A DNA stretch of 64,000 bases from Candidatus Fraserbacteria bacterium (GTDB lineage: Bacteria; Bipolaricaulota; Bipolaricaulia; RBG-16-55-9), in assembly GCA_037443265.1 (NCBI GenBank), contig JBBIOR010000006.1:12896-76895 (forward strand), written 5' to 3'. Of the stretch, positions 1-11,320 are shown in pieces. How positions within the stretch are numbered: position 1 is the stretch's first letter; the number at the start of each line of letters is the position of its first letter. Below the pieces are notes generated by a model. That model was not told where the DNA came from and ran no database searches. It saw nothing but the letters and a program-made list of their open reading frames with translations. The position numbers were made by a program, and so were the translations under genes.

Positions 1-959
1 GCCATGGAGGCCTCTTTGGCCGGGTTTCCGCCGCGGGAGATCTCCCAGGCGGCTCGATACGTGAGAAGCCGGGCGGCCTCGATGTCCGTAGCCATGTCCG
101 CCAGCTTGAATTGAATGGCCTGAAAATCGGCGATGGGGCGCCCGAAGGCGTGCCGCTCCTGAGCATATTTGAAGGCCTCATCGAAGGCGCCCTGAGCGAT
201 GCCCACGGCTTGGGCGGCCACCGCCACCCGACCCCGCGCGAAGAACTGCATCAGATGATAGAAGCCCATGCCCACCTGGCCGACGACGTTCTCCTCCGGC
301 ACGTGGACGTCCTTGAGCGTGATCTCGGCCAGATCGGAAGCGCGGATGCCCATCTTCTTCTTCAATGGCTCGGCAATAAACCCCTTGCGGTCGCTCTCCA
401 CGATGAAGGCCGTGATCCCCAGATGGCGCTCGGGGGGATTGAAGTCTGTGCGCGCGAAGACGATCAGAAAATGTGCGATGGTCCCGTTCGTGATGAACGT
501 CTTGGTCCCGTTCAGCACATACTCATGGCCCTTCTTCTCCGCGCGGGTCTTCATGCCGGCGACATCCGAGCCGGCCTCGGGCTCCGTGATCGCCGAGCCC
601 ATGACCCACTCGCCCTGGGCCACGGGCACTAGATATCTTCTCTTCTGCTCTTCCGTTCCGAACTCCAAGATCATGTCGCTTCCGAAGATGCGAGCCGTGA
701 TCGCCTGGGCGATGCCCGGATCGCCGCGGGTCAGCTCCTCAATGACGATGGCTTGCGCTAAAAAATCCATCCCAGCCCCGCCGTATTCTTGAGGGATGGC
801 CGGGGCGATGAAATCGAGCTTTTTAGCCTCCTCCACGATCTCATAAGGATACTTCGCCTGCTCGTCGTACTCTTCGGCAACCGGTCGAATGACCTCTTCG
901 GCGAATTTTCTGGCGGTCTTCTTAAGCAGCTTGTGCTCCTCGCTCAGCTCAAAATCCAT
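1..959 (-). CDS. Acyl-CoA dehydrogenase (3' end runs off the window)
   Basis: Hand translation: MDFELSEEHKLLKK...IPQEYGGAG...AITEPEAGSD...LNGTKTFITNG...KMGIRAS...RHAFGRPIADFQAIQFKLADM; SD AGGAGG upstream. Not in the ORF track because it has no stop in the window. Confidence 0.95.
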   Translation of the reverse strand, partial: MDFELSEEHKLLKKTARKFAEEVIRPVAEEYDEQAKYPYEIVEEAKKLDFIAPAIPQEYGGAGMDFLAQAIVIEELTRGDPGIAQAITARIFGSDMILEFGTEEQKRRYLVPVAQGEWVMGSAITEPEAGSDVAGMKTRAEKKGHEYVLNGTKTFITNGTIAHFLIVFARTDFNPPERHLGITAFIVESDRKGFIAEPLKKKMGIRASDLAEITLKDVHVPEENVVGQVGMGFYHLMQFFARGRVAVAAQAVGIAQGAFDEAFKYAQERHAFGRPIADFQAIQFKLADMATDIEAARLLTYRAAWEISRGGNPAKEASM

Positions 960-1051
960 GGTGGCCTCCTCAAGGTGTCATTCCATCTCTCGCGCACAAC
1001 TACGCGTGCCCATTCTACCCCTTTCGGAGAGGGGGGGCAAAACACCTGCGG

Positions 1052-1080
1052 TTGACAGTCCAAATCCCCTCCGTTATAGT
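1052..1080 (+). promoter_or_regulatory. sigma70-type promoter of the miaB operon
   Basis: TTGACA-17nt-TATAGT, 12 nt before the ATG. Confidence 0.7.
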
Positions 1081-1092
1081 TGAAAAGCGGCC

Positions 1093-2439
1093 ATGCACAC
1101 AAGAAGACGAGCCTACATCCACACCTGGGGCTGCCAGATGAACGAGCACAAGAGCGAGGGGATCGCCGGGCTCCTCGCTCAGCATGGGTATGAATTGGTC
1201 GAACGCCCTGAGGATGCGGATTTGGTGATCTTCAACACCTGCATGGTGCGCGAAAAGGCCGAAGAGAAAGTCTATTCAGAAGCGGGCATAATCCGGGCCC
1301 TCAAAGAGAAGAAGCCCCATCTGCTCCTGGGCATCGGCGGCTGCATGGCCCAAGCCCTGGGCAAGAGGATCTTTGAACGAAGCCCCACGGTCGATTTCCT
1401 CTTCGGAAGCTCCAACCTCTCAGACATCCCCCGTCTCATTCAAGAATTAGAAGAGCGACGCCAAAACGGCAGACATCTCCGAGATGGGCCCGTGATGGCC
1501 ATCTCTAAGATTCCGGATCGAATCGAGGATCTACCTTTTGTGCGCCAGAGCCCCTTCCAAGCCAAAGTCACTATCACCGAGGGGTGCTCCAACTTCTGCT
1601 CCTTCTGCATCGTCCCATACACCACCGGGCTTCTCCGTAGCCGTCTTCCCGGAGATATCCTTCGGGAAGTGAGCCAACTCGCCGCGCAGGGCTATAAAGA
1701 GATTCAGCTCTTGGGCCAGAACGTCGATTCCTACGGGCGCGATCTGGACGATCCTGAGATCAACTTCGCCAACCTCCTGCGAGCCCTTACCCAGATCGAC
1801 ATCCCGCGCATTCGCTTTACCTCCTCACATCCCAAGGACATCACCCCTGCCGTGATCGACGTCTTAGCAGAAGAGAATAATATTTGCGAGCACGTGCACA
1901 TGGCTGTGCAGTCCGGAAGCGATCGAGTGCTCACAGAGATGCGCCGCGGCTACACGAAAGAGCAATTTTTAGATTTAGTACATGAGCTGAAGGCCCGCGT
2001 GCCGGGCATAAGCATCACTACGGACATCATCGTGGGCTTCCCGACGGAGACGGAAGAGGACTTCCTCGAGACGGTGGATCTGGTCAAGAAAGCCCGCTTT
2101 GGCGGAGCTTATATCTTCAAATATTCGCCCCGTCCGGGCACGATCAGCTTCTACAAGTGGCCCGATGCCATCCCGCCGGAGGAGAAGCAGCGACGCCTGG
2201 AGTATCTGCTCAGTTTGCAGAAGCACATCACGGATGAAGAGAACCGCCGTCTCCTAGGAGAGACGGTCGAGGTGCTCGTCGAAGGCCCCACTCGCCCCCA
2301 CTCAGATCGCTATTTAGGGAAGACCCGCGATAATAAGACGGTCATCTTCCCCGGCAACCCTGAGATGGTCGGGACGCTCGTGCCGGTGTTGGTAGAGGAG
2401 GCGGGCGTGGCCGGACTCTTCGGACGCGTCCTGCCATGA
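1093..2439 (+). CDS. miaB: tRNA methylthiotransferase MiaB
   Basis: TWGCQMN, NTCMVREKAE, radical SAM CSNFCSFC, C-terminal TRAM domain. Confidence 0.93.
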   Translation: MHTRRRAYIHTWGCQMNEHKSEGIAGLLAQHGYELVERPEDADLVIFNTCMVREKAEEKVYSEAGIIRALKEKKPHLLLGIGGCMAQALGKRIFERSPTVDFLFGSSNLSDIPRLIQELEERRQNGRHLRDGPVMAISKIPDRIEDLPFVRQSPFQAKVTITEGCSNFCSFCIVPYTTGLLRSRLPGDILREVSQLAAQGYKEIQLLGQNVDSYGRDLDDPEINFANLLRALTQIDIPRIRFTSSHPKDITPAVIDVLAEENNICEHVHMAVQSGSDRVLTEMRRGYTKEQFLDLVHELKARVPGISITTDIIVGFPTETEEDFLETVDLVKKARFGGAYIFKYSPRPGTISFYKWPDAIPPEEKQRRLEYLLSLQKHITDEENRRLLGETVEVLVEGPTRPHSDRYLGKTRDNKTVIFPGNPEMVGTLVPVLVEEAGVAGLFGRVLP

Positions 2440-2870
2440 AAGTCGCAGAGCTCATGACGCGGGAACTCTCAGCCGTCGAGGAGGAGACTCCCATCCGCGA
2501 TTTCGTGCGCCTTTTGTATCAGACAGGCATGTCGGGCCTGCCGGTGGTCGATGGCGCAAGAAGAGTCATCGGCTTCATCTCCGAGCGCGACGTGATCCAG
2601 GCTGCCCTCCCCAGCTATTTTGATCTCGTGCAGAGCGAATCCTTCTGGCCGGAGGTAGAGCAATTCTCGAAGAAGATGCGCGAGATCTCTCAAGATCCGG
2701 TGCGCATCTACATGGTGCGTGAGGTGGTCAAAGTGAATCAAGACGAGGATGATCTGTATGTGGCTGAGCTTTTGATTCGCAAGGGGCTGAAGCTGGTCCC
2801 CGTGGTAGACTCTGAAGGAGTGCTGATTGGGCTTGTGAGAAGAATTGATCTATTGAAGGGCATGCTATGA
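2436..2870 (+). CDS. CBS-pair domain protein
   Basis: MKVAELMT..SGLPVVD..GFISERD..VPVVD..GLVRRIDL; ATGA overlap with miaB. Confidence 0.9.
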   Translation: MKVAELMTRELSAVEEETPIRDFVRLLYQTGMSGLPVVDGARRVIGFISERDVIQAALPSYFDLVQSESFWPEVEQFSKKMREISQDPVRIYMVREVVKVNQDEDDLYVAELLIRKGLKLVPVVDSEGVLIGLVRRIDLLKGML

Positions 2871-3961
2871 TGCGGGAGATTGAGCGCAGGCCGTCTCGGG
2901 TTGTGAGCGTCGGAGGCGTGAAGATCGGCGGAGAGAGCCCCATCGTCGTGCAGTCGATGACGAACACAGACACGCGCGACGTCGAGGCCACCGTCGCTCA
3001 GATTCAGCGCTTGCAAGCAGCGGGCTGTGAGATCGTGCGGGTGGCCGTGCTCAACATGGACGCGGCCCGTTGCTTGGGTGAAATTAAAAGACAAAGCTCG
3101 ATCCCCCTGGTGGCGGATATTCACTTTGATCACCGCTTGGCCTTGGAGGCCATCCGGCAGGGCGTCGACAAAGTCCGTCTCAACCCCGGCAACATCACCA
3201 AGCCCGCGAAGATCAAGGAAGTCGTGCAGGCCGCCAAAGATGCAGGCATTCCCATCCGCGTGGGAGTCAATTCCGGCTCGCTGGCCAAAGAGATCCTCAT
3301 CAAGCACGAGGGTGCTACCCCGGAAGCCATGGTCGAAAGCGCGCTCCGCGAGATTGAGATCCTCGAATCGCTCAACTTCAGAGAGATTGTGATCTCGCTC
3401 AAATCAACAGACGTGCGGGTGATGATCGACTCCTATCGCTTGATCACAAAATACGTCGACTACCCCTTGCATCTGGGCGTGACAGAGGCCGGCTTAGGAG
3501 TGGCCGCCATCGTCAAGAGTGCTCTAGGCATCGGGACTCTTCTCGAAGAGGGCATTGGCGATACGCTCAGGGTCTCTCTCACGGGCGATCCCGTGCAGGA
3601 AGTGAAAGTCGCTTATGATATTTTAGGGGCTTTGGGGCTGCGCTGGCGCGGGGTGCAGTTCACGGCCTGTCCCACCTGCGGCCGCATCGGCATCGATCTG
3701 GAAAAGATCGTATCCGAAGCCCAAGAGCGCCTAAAGGACGTAGAAGCGCCGCTCAAGGTCTCGCTCATCGGCTGCGTAGTGAACGGCATCGGGGAAGCCG
3801 CGCATGCGCACATTGGGCTTGTGGGACAGGACAAAGCCGGCGTCCTCTACAAAGACGGAAGGCCCATAAAGCGCGTCCCGGAGGAGCAGATCGTCGAAGA
3901 GCTCGTCCGGCTGGTGCGCGAGTACGAGCGAGAACTGCTCAACCCCCAAGACAGATCATGA
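2867..3961 (+). CDS. ispG: HMBPP synthase IspG (GcpE)
   Basis: VQSMTNT, PLVADIHF, RLNPGN, RVGVNSGS, HLGVTEAG, CPTCGR, GCVVNG. Confidence 0.96.
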   Translation: MMREIERRPSRVVSVGGVKIGGESPIVVQSMTNTDTRDVEATVAQIQRLQAAGCEIVRVAVLNMDAARCLGEIKRQSSIPLVADIHFDHRLALEAIRQGVDKVRLNPGNITKPAKIKEVVQAAKDAGIPIRVGVNSGSLAKEILIKHEGATPEAMVESALREIEILESLNFREIVISLKSTDVRVMIDSYRLITKYVDYPLHLGVTEAGLGVAAIVKSALGIGTLLEEGIGDTLRVSLTGDPVQEVKVAYDILGALGLRWRGVQFTACPTCGRIGIDLEKIVSEAQERLKDVEAPLKVSLIGCVVNGIGEAAHAHIGLVGQDKAGVLYKDGRPIKRVPEEQIVEELVRLVREYERELLNPQDRS

Positions 3962-4206
3962 TTTTAACAGGACTTGGGCGCAATGTGGCCGGGATCTTCT
4001 TAATTCTAGTAGGCCTCATTCTGCTGCCCGTGCCCGTCTTATCCGGCTGGGCCCTGATCATCCCTGGGATCATCCTGCTGGATCTTCCCGGCAAGCGTCG
4101 GCTCTTCATGAGACTAGAAAAGACGCGGTTGATCTCGCAAGTTCTAGCGAAGCACCCTGCGCTTGCTCAGCTCTGGAAGCGCCTCTACGCCCAAACAGAG
4201 TCTTGA
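3958..4206 (+). CDS. Small membrane protein (PGPGW-like two-helix hairpin)
   Basis: Hydrophobic hairpin with LPVPVLSGW, basic tail; overlaps the ispG stop. Confidence 0.65.
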   Translation: MILTGLGRNVAGIFLILVGLILLPVPVLSGWALIIPGIILLDLPGKRRLFMRLEKTRLISQVLAKHPALAQLWKRLYAQTES

Positions 4207-4252
4207 CAATAGAAGCGTACGACCAGTAGAATCATGCACCATTCTGAAGATC

Positions 4253-4888
4253 ATGAGAGTCTCAGCCATTGTGCCGGCCTATAACGAAGCGGAGCGCGTC
4301 CCGGCGGTGATCTCCCCTCTGAAAGCGGCCCAGCGAGTAGATGAGATCATCGTAGTGGATGACGGCTCCACGGATGGCACGGCGGAGGTCGCCCGCTCTT
4401 TAGGGGTTCGCGTGATCCGGCTGCCCCAGAATCTGGGGAAGGCCGCTGCGCTCGACCGTGGCGTGCGAGCGGCTCGCCACGACGTCTTCTTGTTCCTCGA
4501 TGCCGATCTAGTGGGCCTGCGGGCGGAGCACGTCAATCGCCTCATCTGGCTGTATGAACAGAAGCAGTTGGACATGGTCGTGGGGGTCTTCAAAAGTGGG
4601 CGGCTGAACACGGACTTGGCCCACAGCCTCGCGCCGTATCTATCGGGCCAGCGGGTGATCAGCCGAACGCTGTGGAATCGTCTCAAGAAGTCCGGCAAAC
4701 TGGAGTTCGGCGTGGAGATGGCGCTCACCAAGCTCTCTCTCAAAGAAAACTGGAGGGAAGAGCGCGTCTTCTTAGAGGGTGTCACCCACGTGATGAAGGA
4801 GGAGAAGCGTGGCTTCTCCCAGGGGCTTCGGGAACGCCTGCTCATGTACGGGGACATCATCCGCTCCCTCTTCACCAGGGTCGGCTGA
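4253..4888 (+). CDS. Glycosyltransferase family 2
   Basis: [25 protein letters not shown]; start set to ATG 4253 downstream of TTGACA(4203)/TAGAAT(4227). Confidence 0.9.
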   Translation: MRVSAIVPAYNEAERVPAVISPLKAAQRVDEIIVVDDGSTDGTAEVARSLGVRVIRLPQNLGKAAALDRGVRAARHDVFLFLDADLVGLRAEHVNRLIWLYEQKQLDMVVGVFKSGRLNTDLAHSLAPYLSGQRVISRTLWNRLKKSGKLEFGVEMALTKLSLKENWREERVFLEGVTHVMKEEKRGFSQGLRERLLMYGDIIRSLFTRVG

Positions 4889-4908
4889 CTCCTTCAGCGT
4901 TGAATTCG

Positions 4909-6159
4909 ATGAACGGTGAACTCGAACGAGTCGATCCGGAGATCTATCAAGCCATCCAAGGGGAACTTAGGCGTCAGCAGAGCACGATCGAGCTGATCGC
5001 ATCTGAGAATTTCGTATCGCCCGCGGTGCTGGCGGCCCAAGGCTCCGTGCTCACCAACAAATACGCCGAAGGCTATCCCGGCCGGCGCTACTACGGTGGA
5101 TGTCAGCATATGGATGAAGTGGAGGAGCTGGCGCGCCAACGCCTGTGTAAGCTATTTCAGGCAGAGCATGCGAATGTGCAGCCGCATTCGGGCACCCAGG
5201 CCAACATGGCCGTCTTCTTTGCTGTACTCAAGCCCGGGGACACCATCTTAGGGATGGGGCTGGATCAGGGGGGCCATCTCTCCCACGGCCATCCGGCCAA
5301 CTTTTCAGGCCAGCTCTATCGCGTTGTGCCGTATGGCGTCGATCGGCAGACGGAACAGATCGACTATGATGAGCTTCGTCGCCTGGCCTTGAGCGCTCGG
5401 CCCAAGCTTGTCATAGCCGGCGCCAGCGCTTATCCTCGCCTCATTGATTTTGCGAAGATTCGAGAGATCTGTGATGAAATCGGAGCGTATCTTTTGGCGG
5501 ACATCGCCCACATCGCCGGACTATGCGCGGCCGGGCTCCATCCGTCGCCCCTGCCCCACGCGCATTTTGTCACGCTGACCACCCATAAGACGCTGCGGGG
5601 ACCTCGGGGCGGGGCTATTCTGTGTGGCAAAGAGCACGCCCTGCTCATCGATAAGACAGTCTTCCCTGGCCTCCAAGGCGGGCCCTTGATGCACGTGATC
5701 GCGGCCAAGGCCGTGGCCTTCAAGGAGGCCCTCCAGGAGTCCTTCCGGGCCTATCAGAGGAAGATCGTGGAGAACGCCCAAGCGCTGGCCCGCGCCCTGG
5801 CCGAGCGGGGCTTCCGGCTAGTCTCCGGAGGCACAGACACTCATCTCCTGCTGGTGGATCTTACTCCCAAGGGCGTGACGGGGGCCGAGGCCGAAAGACA
5901 CTTGGAAGAGGTGGGCATTACCGTCAACAAGAACGCGATTCCCTTCGACCCCAGAAAGCCCGCGATCGCCAGCGGGATCCGCTTGGGGACCCCGGCCGTG
6001 ACCACCCGCGGCATGGGAGAGCCGGAGATGACCCAGATCGCCGAGCTCATCGATCTCGTGCTCGAGGGGGCCAAAAGAGGCGATCCCAAGGCCAAAGAAG
6101 AAGCCCGGTATCGGGTCAAGGCTCTCTGTGAGGCCTTCTCGCTCTATGATGTGCCTTGA
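4909..6159 (+). CDS. glyA: Serine hydroxymethyltransferase
   Basis: [40 protein letters not shown]; start reassigned to ATG 4909. Confidence 0.97.
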   Translation: MNGELERVDPEIYQAIQGELRRQQSTIELIASENFVSPAVLAAQGSVLTNKYAEGYPGRRYYGGCQHMDEVEELARQRLCKLFQAEHANVQPHSGTQANMAVFFAVLKPGDTILGMGLDQGGHLSHGHPANFSGQLYRVVPYGVDRQTEQIDYDELRRLALSARPKLVIAGASAYPRLIDFAKIREICDEIGAYLLADIAHIAGLCAAGLHPSPLPHAHFVTLTTHKTLRGPRGGAILCGKEHALLIDKTVFPGLQGGPLMHVIAAKAVAFKEALQESFRAYQRKIVENAQALARALAERGFRLVSGGTDTHLLLVDLTPKGVTGAEAERHLEEVGITVNKNAIPFDPRKPAIASGIRLGTPAVTTRGMGEPEMTQIAELIDLVLEGAKRGDPKAKEEARYRVKALCEAFSLYDVP

Positions 6160-6164
6160 AGCCC

Positions 6165-6193
6165 TTGTCAAACTCCCCTGGATGCGCTATAAT
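6165..6193 (+). promoter_or_regulatory. rho promoter
   Basis: TTGTCA-17nt-TATAAT, followed by a ~130-nt leader. Confidence 0.65.
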
Positions 6194-6329
6194 ACCCCTC
6201 GACAACCGAGGTGAAGAAACCCTTTATCCCAGCCGAATTGACAGCTCATTACTTGAGTCGCCTCCAACCCTAACGCATTATGGACTCAATTCACCCAGAG
6301 AACTAGCCCCTTGAGGAGGTAAGCGGCGG

Positions 6330-7655
6330 ATGGATATTAGCGACCTCAGGTCCCAGAGGATGGAGGATCTGAGGAAGATTGCGGAACAGTATGGCATCAA
6401 CGGCCTCTCCCAGATGAAGAAGGAGGAGCTCGTCTGGGCGATTCTGGATGCGGTCGCCCAGAAGGAGGGGTTCAGCATCAAAGACGGCGTTCTAGAGATC
6501 CTGCCGGACGGCTACGGCTTTTTGCGCGACAAGTCGTGTCTTCCGGGCAAGAACGATATCTATGTGTCTCCCTCACAGATCAAGAGATTTGGCCTCAAAG
6601 ATGGAGATATCGTGCGTGGCACGGTCCGCCCCCCTAAAGACGACGAGAAGTACTGGGCGCTGCTTAAAGTCCAGGAGATTGACTTCAAAGACCCTGAGAC
6701 CATCCGTCAGCGGACGGACTTCAGCGATCTCACCCCCTATCACCCCACAGAGCAGATCAAGCTCGAGCACGATCCTGAGGAATTTTCTACGAGAATTCTC
6801 GATCTATTTGCCCCTATCGGCAAAGGCCAGCGCGGTTTGATCGTCTCTCCGCCTAAGGCGGGCAAGACGACGCTGCTTAAAAACATAGCCCACGGGATCA
6901 TGGCCAATCATCCAGAGATCTATTTGATCGTGCTTCTGGTCGATGAGCGCCCCGAGGAAGTGACGGATATAAAACTCTCGCTCGATCAGGCTCGCCGCAA
7001 GCTCTCCCGAGAGCCGGAGCATGAGCCGGAGGTCGTCTCGGCCACCTTCGATCAGAAGCCGGAGATCCATTGCCGCATCTCCGAGCTGGTGATCGCCAAG
7101 GCCAAGCGGCTGGTGGAGCACGGCTTTCACGTGGTCATCCTGATGGACTCGATCACCCGGCTGGCCCGCGCCTATAACCTCTCGATCACCCCAAGCGGGA
7201 AACTGCTCTCCGGCGGTATGGACCCAACAGCCCTCTATAAGCCCAAGGAGTTCTTCGGCGCCGCGCGCAACATCGTCGATTTGAGCGCGGCAAGAGACGA
7301 GAATGGGCATCCGCCTAGCAAGGGAAGCCTCACCGCCATTGGCACGGCCCTCATCGACACGGGCTCCCGGCTCGATCAAGTCGTCTTTGAAGAGTTTAAG
7401 GGCACGGGCAACATGGAACTCGTCCTCGATCGCAGTCTGGCCAATCGCCGCATCTTCCCGGCCATCGATCTGGAGCAATCCGGCACGCGCAAGGAAGAGC
7501 TCCTACTGGACGCGGAGACCCGCCGCCGCGTCTGGATCTTGCGCAAGATGATCGGGGATATGAACGACAAGCAGAAGGCGCTCACTTTCATTTTGAGCGA
7601 GATGGCTAAGACCGAGAACAACAAGCAATTTCTCAACAACATGAAGAGCGAATAG
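6330..7655 (+). CDS. rho: Transcription termination factor Rho
   Basis: DGYGFLR, DIYVSPSQI, PPKAGKT, DERPEEVTD, DSITRLARAYN, EEFKGTGNME. Confidence 0.97.
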   Translation: MDISDLRSQRMEDLRKIAEQYGINGLSQMKKEELVWAILDAVAQKEGFSIKDGVLEILPDGYGFLRDKSCLPGKNDIYVSPSQIKRFGLKDGDIVRGTVRPPKDDEKYWALLKVQEIDFKDPETIRQRTDFSDLTPYHPTEQIKLEHDPEEFSTRILDLFAPIGKGQRGLIVSPPKAGKTTLLKNIAHGIMANHPEIYLIVLLVDERPEEVTDIKLSLDQARRKLSREPEHEPEVVSATFDQKPEIHCRISELVIAKAKRLVEHGFHVVILMDSITRLARAYNLSITPSGKLLSGGMDPTALYKPKEFFGAARNIVDLSAARDENGHPPSKGSLTAIGTALIDTGSRLDQVVFEEFKGTGNMELVLDRSLANRRIFPAIDLEQSGTRKEELLLDAETRRRVWILRKMIGDMNDKQKALTFILSEMAKTENNKQFLNNMKSE

Positions 7656-7662
7656 CTTTTCG

Positions 7663-8913
7663 ATGAAGCTGCTCATCACCGGCGGCCGGGAGCTTCTGGG
7701 CGAGGTCGCCGTGGAAGGCTCCAAGAACGCCGCTCTTCCCATTCTGGCAGCCACCCTGCTCACCGACGAAGATGCCCTCCTTAAGGGGATCCCTGCCCTC
7801 AAGGACGTCCAGACGGTCATCGGGATCCTGGAGCATCTGGGCAAGGGCGTCGATTGCCTCAGGGGTGGAAGCTATCGCGTTCGCTCTACGGGCCGGCTCT
7901 GTGGGATAGCCCCCCAGGCGCTGGTGCGCCGGATGCGCGCTTCTTTTCTGATATTGGGGCCGCTCTTGGCCCGCCTGGGAGAGGCGGAGGTCTCTCTGCC
8001 CGGCGGAGACGCGATCGGGCTTAGACCCGTCGATCTGCATTTAAAGGGCCTGCAGGCGATGGGAGCCGAGCTTGAGCTAAAAGACGGGATCGTCTTCGCC
8101 CGCGCCAAGCGCCTCCAGCCGGCCGAGATCCATCTCTCTTACCCCTCGGTGGGCGCCACCGAGCATCTGATGACGACGGCGGCGCTGATCAGGGGCCGCA
8201 CGGTCATCCACAACCCGGCCCAGGAGCCGGAGATTGCAGACCTGGCCCGATTCTTGATGAAGCTGGGGGCCAGAATTGGGCTGCACCGCACTCGCATCGA
8301 AGTTGAGGGCTGCCAGGAGCTTGGGGGAGCCACTCATACGGTCATCCCGGATCGCCTATGCGCCGGGACGTATCTGATCGCCACCGCTTTAGCCGGTGGA
8401 GAAGTCTTCGTCCGCTGCAACCCCTGGCATCTTAGCCCGCTTGTAGCTAAACTCAAAGAGATGGGCGTCGAGATAGGGGAGCGTCCCGAGGGCCTGTTAG
8501 TTACACGCTCGGATGGCATCGCGTATCGTCCGGTGGAGATCGAGACCCGTCCCTATCCCGGCTTTCCTACGGACATGCATCCGCCGATTATGCCCCTGTT
8601 GGCTTTGGCCTCGGGCGAGAGCCGCCTGAGGGAGACAGTCTTCGAGGATCGTTTCTCGTATGTGCCGGAGCTGCGCCGCATGGGAGCGGATCTTACGCTC
8701 TGGGGCCAGACGGTCATCGTCCGAGGGGTGAGGGAGCTTCGGGGCGCGGAGGTTTGGGCGAGGGACATCCGGGCCGGGGTGGCACTCGTCTTGGCGGGCC
8801 TGGCCGCGCGCGGCACGACTATCGTGTATGATGAGGAGGAGCACATCCCCCGAGGCTACAGCGATCTCGTGGGCGCGTTGCGCACTTTAGGGGCTGAGAT
8901 CCTGCCGCAATGA
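7663..8913 (+). CDS. murA: UDP-N-acetylglucosamine 1-carboxyvinyltransferase
   Basis: [42 protein letters not shown]. Confidence 0.95.
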   Translation: MKLLITGGRELLGEVAVEGSKNAALPILAATLLTDEDALLKGIPALKDVQTVIGILEHLGKGVDCLRGGSYRVRSTGRLCGIAPQALVRRMRASFLILGPLLARLGEAEVSLPGGDAIGLRPVDLHLKGLQAMGAELELKDGIVFARAKRLQPAEIHLSYPSVGATEHLMTTAALIRGRTVIHNPAQEPEIADLARFLMKLGARIGLHRTRIEVEGCQELGGATHTVIPDRLCAGTYLIATALAGGEVFVRCNPWHLSPLVAKLKEMGVEIGERPEGLLVTRSDGIAYRPVEIETRPYPGFPTDMHPPIMPLLALASGESRLRETVFEDRFSYVPELRRMGADLTLWGQTVIVRGVRELRGAEVWARDIRAGVALVLAGLAARGTTIVYDEEEHIPRGYSDLVGALRTLGAEILPQ

Positions 8914-10238
8914 GTCTGCTCGAAGATAGGCTGGGAAGGCGGGCTCGGGTCTACGGCCGAGAGAGAGCCATTCTAGTGGGGGTGATTCAAGGCCGTGGTC
9001 TGGCAGAGCGCGAGGTGATCGAAGAGCTCATCTCGCTCAGCCGCACGGCCGGCGTGGAGGTCCTCCACGTGATCCTCCAGCGGCGCGATCGGCCTGATCC
9101 CTCGTATTTCATCGGGGAGGGCAAGGCTGAGCAGCTGCGCGAGTTGGCCAGAGCAGCCCAAGCGGATGCGATCATCTTCAACGACTCGCTCAGCCCGGCC
9201 CAGGGAAGGAATTTAGAAGAGCTTATCGGTGTCAAGATCATCGATCGGGTACAGCTCATTTTAGATATCTTTGCGCAGCGCGCCCAGAGCAAAGAGGCCA
9301 AGCTGCAAGTGGAGCTGGCTCAATTGGAGTATTTGCTGCCTCGGCTGCGCGGCTGGGGTGAGGCCCTGGGCCAGCTGGGGGCCGGGATCGGCACCCGTGG
9401 CCCCGGTGAGACGAAGCTGGAGATGGAAAGACAGGCCATAAGAAGGCGCATCCATCGGATCAAAGAGCGCCTCAAGGAGGCGGCCGAGGAGCGCAAGCTC
9501 AGACGCAAGCAGCGGGTGCGGCGCGCTATCGCCGAAATCGCCATCTTGGGATACACCAACACCGGCAAATCGACGCTCTTAAAGGCCCTGTGCGGCACAG
9601 AGACGCTCATTGAGGACAAGCTCTTCGCCACCCTCGACCCGAAAGCCCGCCGGACTCGACTGCCCGATTCTCGCGAGGTCGTCTTCATCGACACTGTGGG
9701 CTTTATCAGAAGGCTGCCGCACCAGCTTGTGCCTGCGTTTCACTCCACTCTGGAGTCCGTAAGAGAAGCCGATCTTTTGCTGAACGTGCTGGATGCGTCC
9801 AGTCGGAGCCTCTTTGCACAGCATCAAACGATCCAGCGCGTATTAGCAGAGATCTTCGGCGATGAGCGGAGACCTCCCCTGCTCCACGTCCTCAACAAGA
9901 TCGATCAACTCTCCACGCCCGAGGACTTCAGCCGACTCGAGCAGGCCCGACGCGAGATTCAGCCCATGGTCGAGATCTCCGCCCAGCGGGGGACGAACCT
10001 CGATGTTCTGTGCGCGCGCGTGGCGGAGCTCCTCCATTCCCATCGTGAGCAGGTCCATCTGGAGATTCCCTACTCCCAGGCCGGCCTGGTCGAAAAGCTT
10101 CACGAGTGGGGCCAGATCTATCAGGAGCGCTACGAACCCGACCGGATCGTGATCGAGGCCTCCTTGGAGAGAACCTATGTCGCGGCCCTTGAGAAGGCCA
10201 GCCAAAAGAACGGCGTCAGCTTGAGCCGGCTAGCGTAA
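8910..10238 (+). CDS. hflX: GTPase HflX
   Basis: [45 protein letters not shown]. Confidence 0.95.
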   Translation: MSLLEDRLGRRARVYGRERAILVGVIQGRGLAEREVIEELISLSRTAGVEVLHVILQRRDRPDPSYFIGEGKAEQLRELARAAQADAIIFNDSLSPAQGRNLEELIGVKIIDRVQLILDIFAQRAQSKEAKLQVELAQLEYLLPRLRGWGEALGQLGAGIGTRGPGETKLEMERQAIRRRIHRIKERLKEAAEERKLRRKQRVRRAIAEIAILGYTNTGKSTLLKALCGTETLIEDKLFATLDPKARRTRLPDSREVVFIDTVGFIRRLPHQLVPAFHSTLESVREADLLLNVLDASSRSLFAQHQTIQRVLAEIFGDERRPPLLHVLNKIDQLSTPEDFSRLEQARREIQPMVEISAQRGTNLDVLCARVAELLHSHREQVHLEIPYSQAGLVEKLHEWGQIYQERYEPDRIVIEASLERTYVAALEKASQKNGVSLSRLA

Positions 10239-11250
10239 AGAGCAGCGATTCAAAGAGGAGCTGCACGTTCGCGTTCCCTTGAAGGGCTTCCTGAGTGCCT
10301 TCCAAGGCCTCGATCGCGCAGACAATCTGAGCAAACGGAAGATCCGCGCGCTCTTCTCGAAGAGCGTTCAGGCGATCTCGGTTGAAGATCAGCTCTTCCT
10401 CGCTGCCTACTAGCGCCAGATCCCGGTACCAGCGGAGCGCCTCCTCAAAGAAGAGTTCAAGCTTATAAGCGTCCAGCCGGCTCAAAATCTGGGCCATCTC
10501 TAAAATCTCATGGGGCTTCTGAGCTCTTAGGCGTTGCAGGAACTCTAAAGTGGCCTCGCGCTGCACAATCCAGTCTTCCGTCTGGGCAAAGAGCTCTGCC
10601 AGCTGGGGGCCTGTGCATCTTCGTAGCTCCTCCTGTGCCTTCCTCTTGCGCTCCAAAAGGCCCACCGCACCCCCATCACGCTTGAGATCCAGCAGTTGAG
10701 CCAGTCGGGACGGGAAGCCCTGCACGAGGGCCAAGGCGTATTCTGCTTCTTTCTCGCTCAACCCCTGAGCTTGGAGTACCTCTCGAAGCTCCGATGGCGC
10801 CAGCGGCTTAAGTCTTATAATTTGGCAGCGGGAGAGGATCGTCGGGATCACCTTCAAACTCCGAGCCAGAAGCAAAAACATCACATACTCCGGCGGCGAT
10901 TCTAGAATTTTGAGGAGGCTGTTGGCGGCCTCTAGGCTCAAGTCTTCCGCACCGTCTATGACATAGACCTTACGATCTGCTTCCAAGGGCCGATAGCGGG
11001 CGTCCCGCTGGAGCTGGCGGATCTGATCGATGCCGATCCTCTTCTCTTCTCTCTGAACCCACTGCACATCGGGATGGTTCCCATGAAGAATCTTCGAGCA
11101 GACAGCACAGGCGCGGCACCGGCTTTCACAATAGATTCTTAGCAGAAACTCCCGGGCCACCAGCGCGGCCCCTTCGCCCACCATGAGATACGCGTGAGCC
11201 AATCGACCATCCACCAGCGCCCGTCCCCAAAGGGCTTCAAGCAGGAGCAT
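10216..11250 (-). CDS. holB: DNA polymerase III delta' subunit
   Basis: HAYL, Cys cluster [35 protein letters not shown]; start reassigned to ATG 11250. Confidence 0.85.
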   Translation of the reverse strand: MLLLEALWGRALVDGRLAHAYLMVGEGAALVAREFLLRIYCESRCRACAVCSKILHGNHPDVQWVQREEKRIGIDQIRQLQRDARYRPLEADRKVYVIDGAEDLSLEAANSLLKILESPPEYVMFLLLARSLKVIPTILSRCQIIRLKPLAPSELREVLQAQGLSEKEAEYALALVQGFPSRLAQLLDLKRDGGAVGLLERKRKAQEELRRCTGPQLAELFAQTEDWIVQREATLEFLQRLRAQKPHEILEMAQILSRLDAYKLELFFEEALRWYRDLALVGSEEELIFNRDRLNALREERADLPFAQIVCAIEALEGTQEALQGNANVQLLFESLLFTLAGSS

Positions 11251-11320
11251 CTCAGCTCTAGAGTAGCACGCAGTGCGTTGGGATTCCAATCCCAGGCGGA
11301 GGCAGCTATAATAAATTCTC

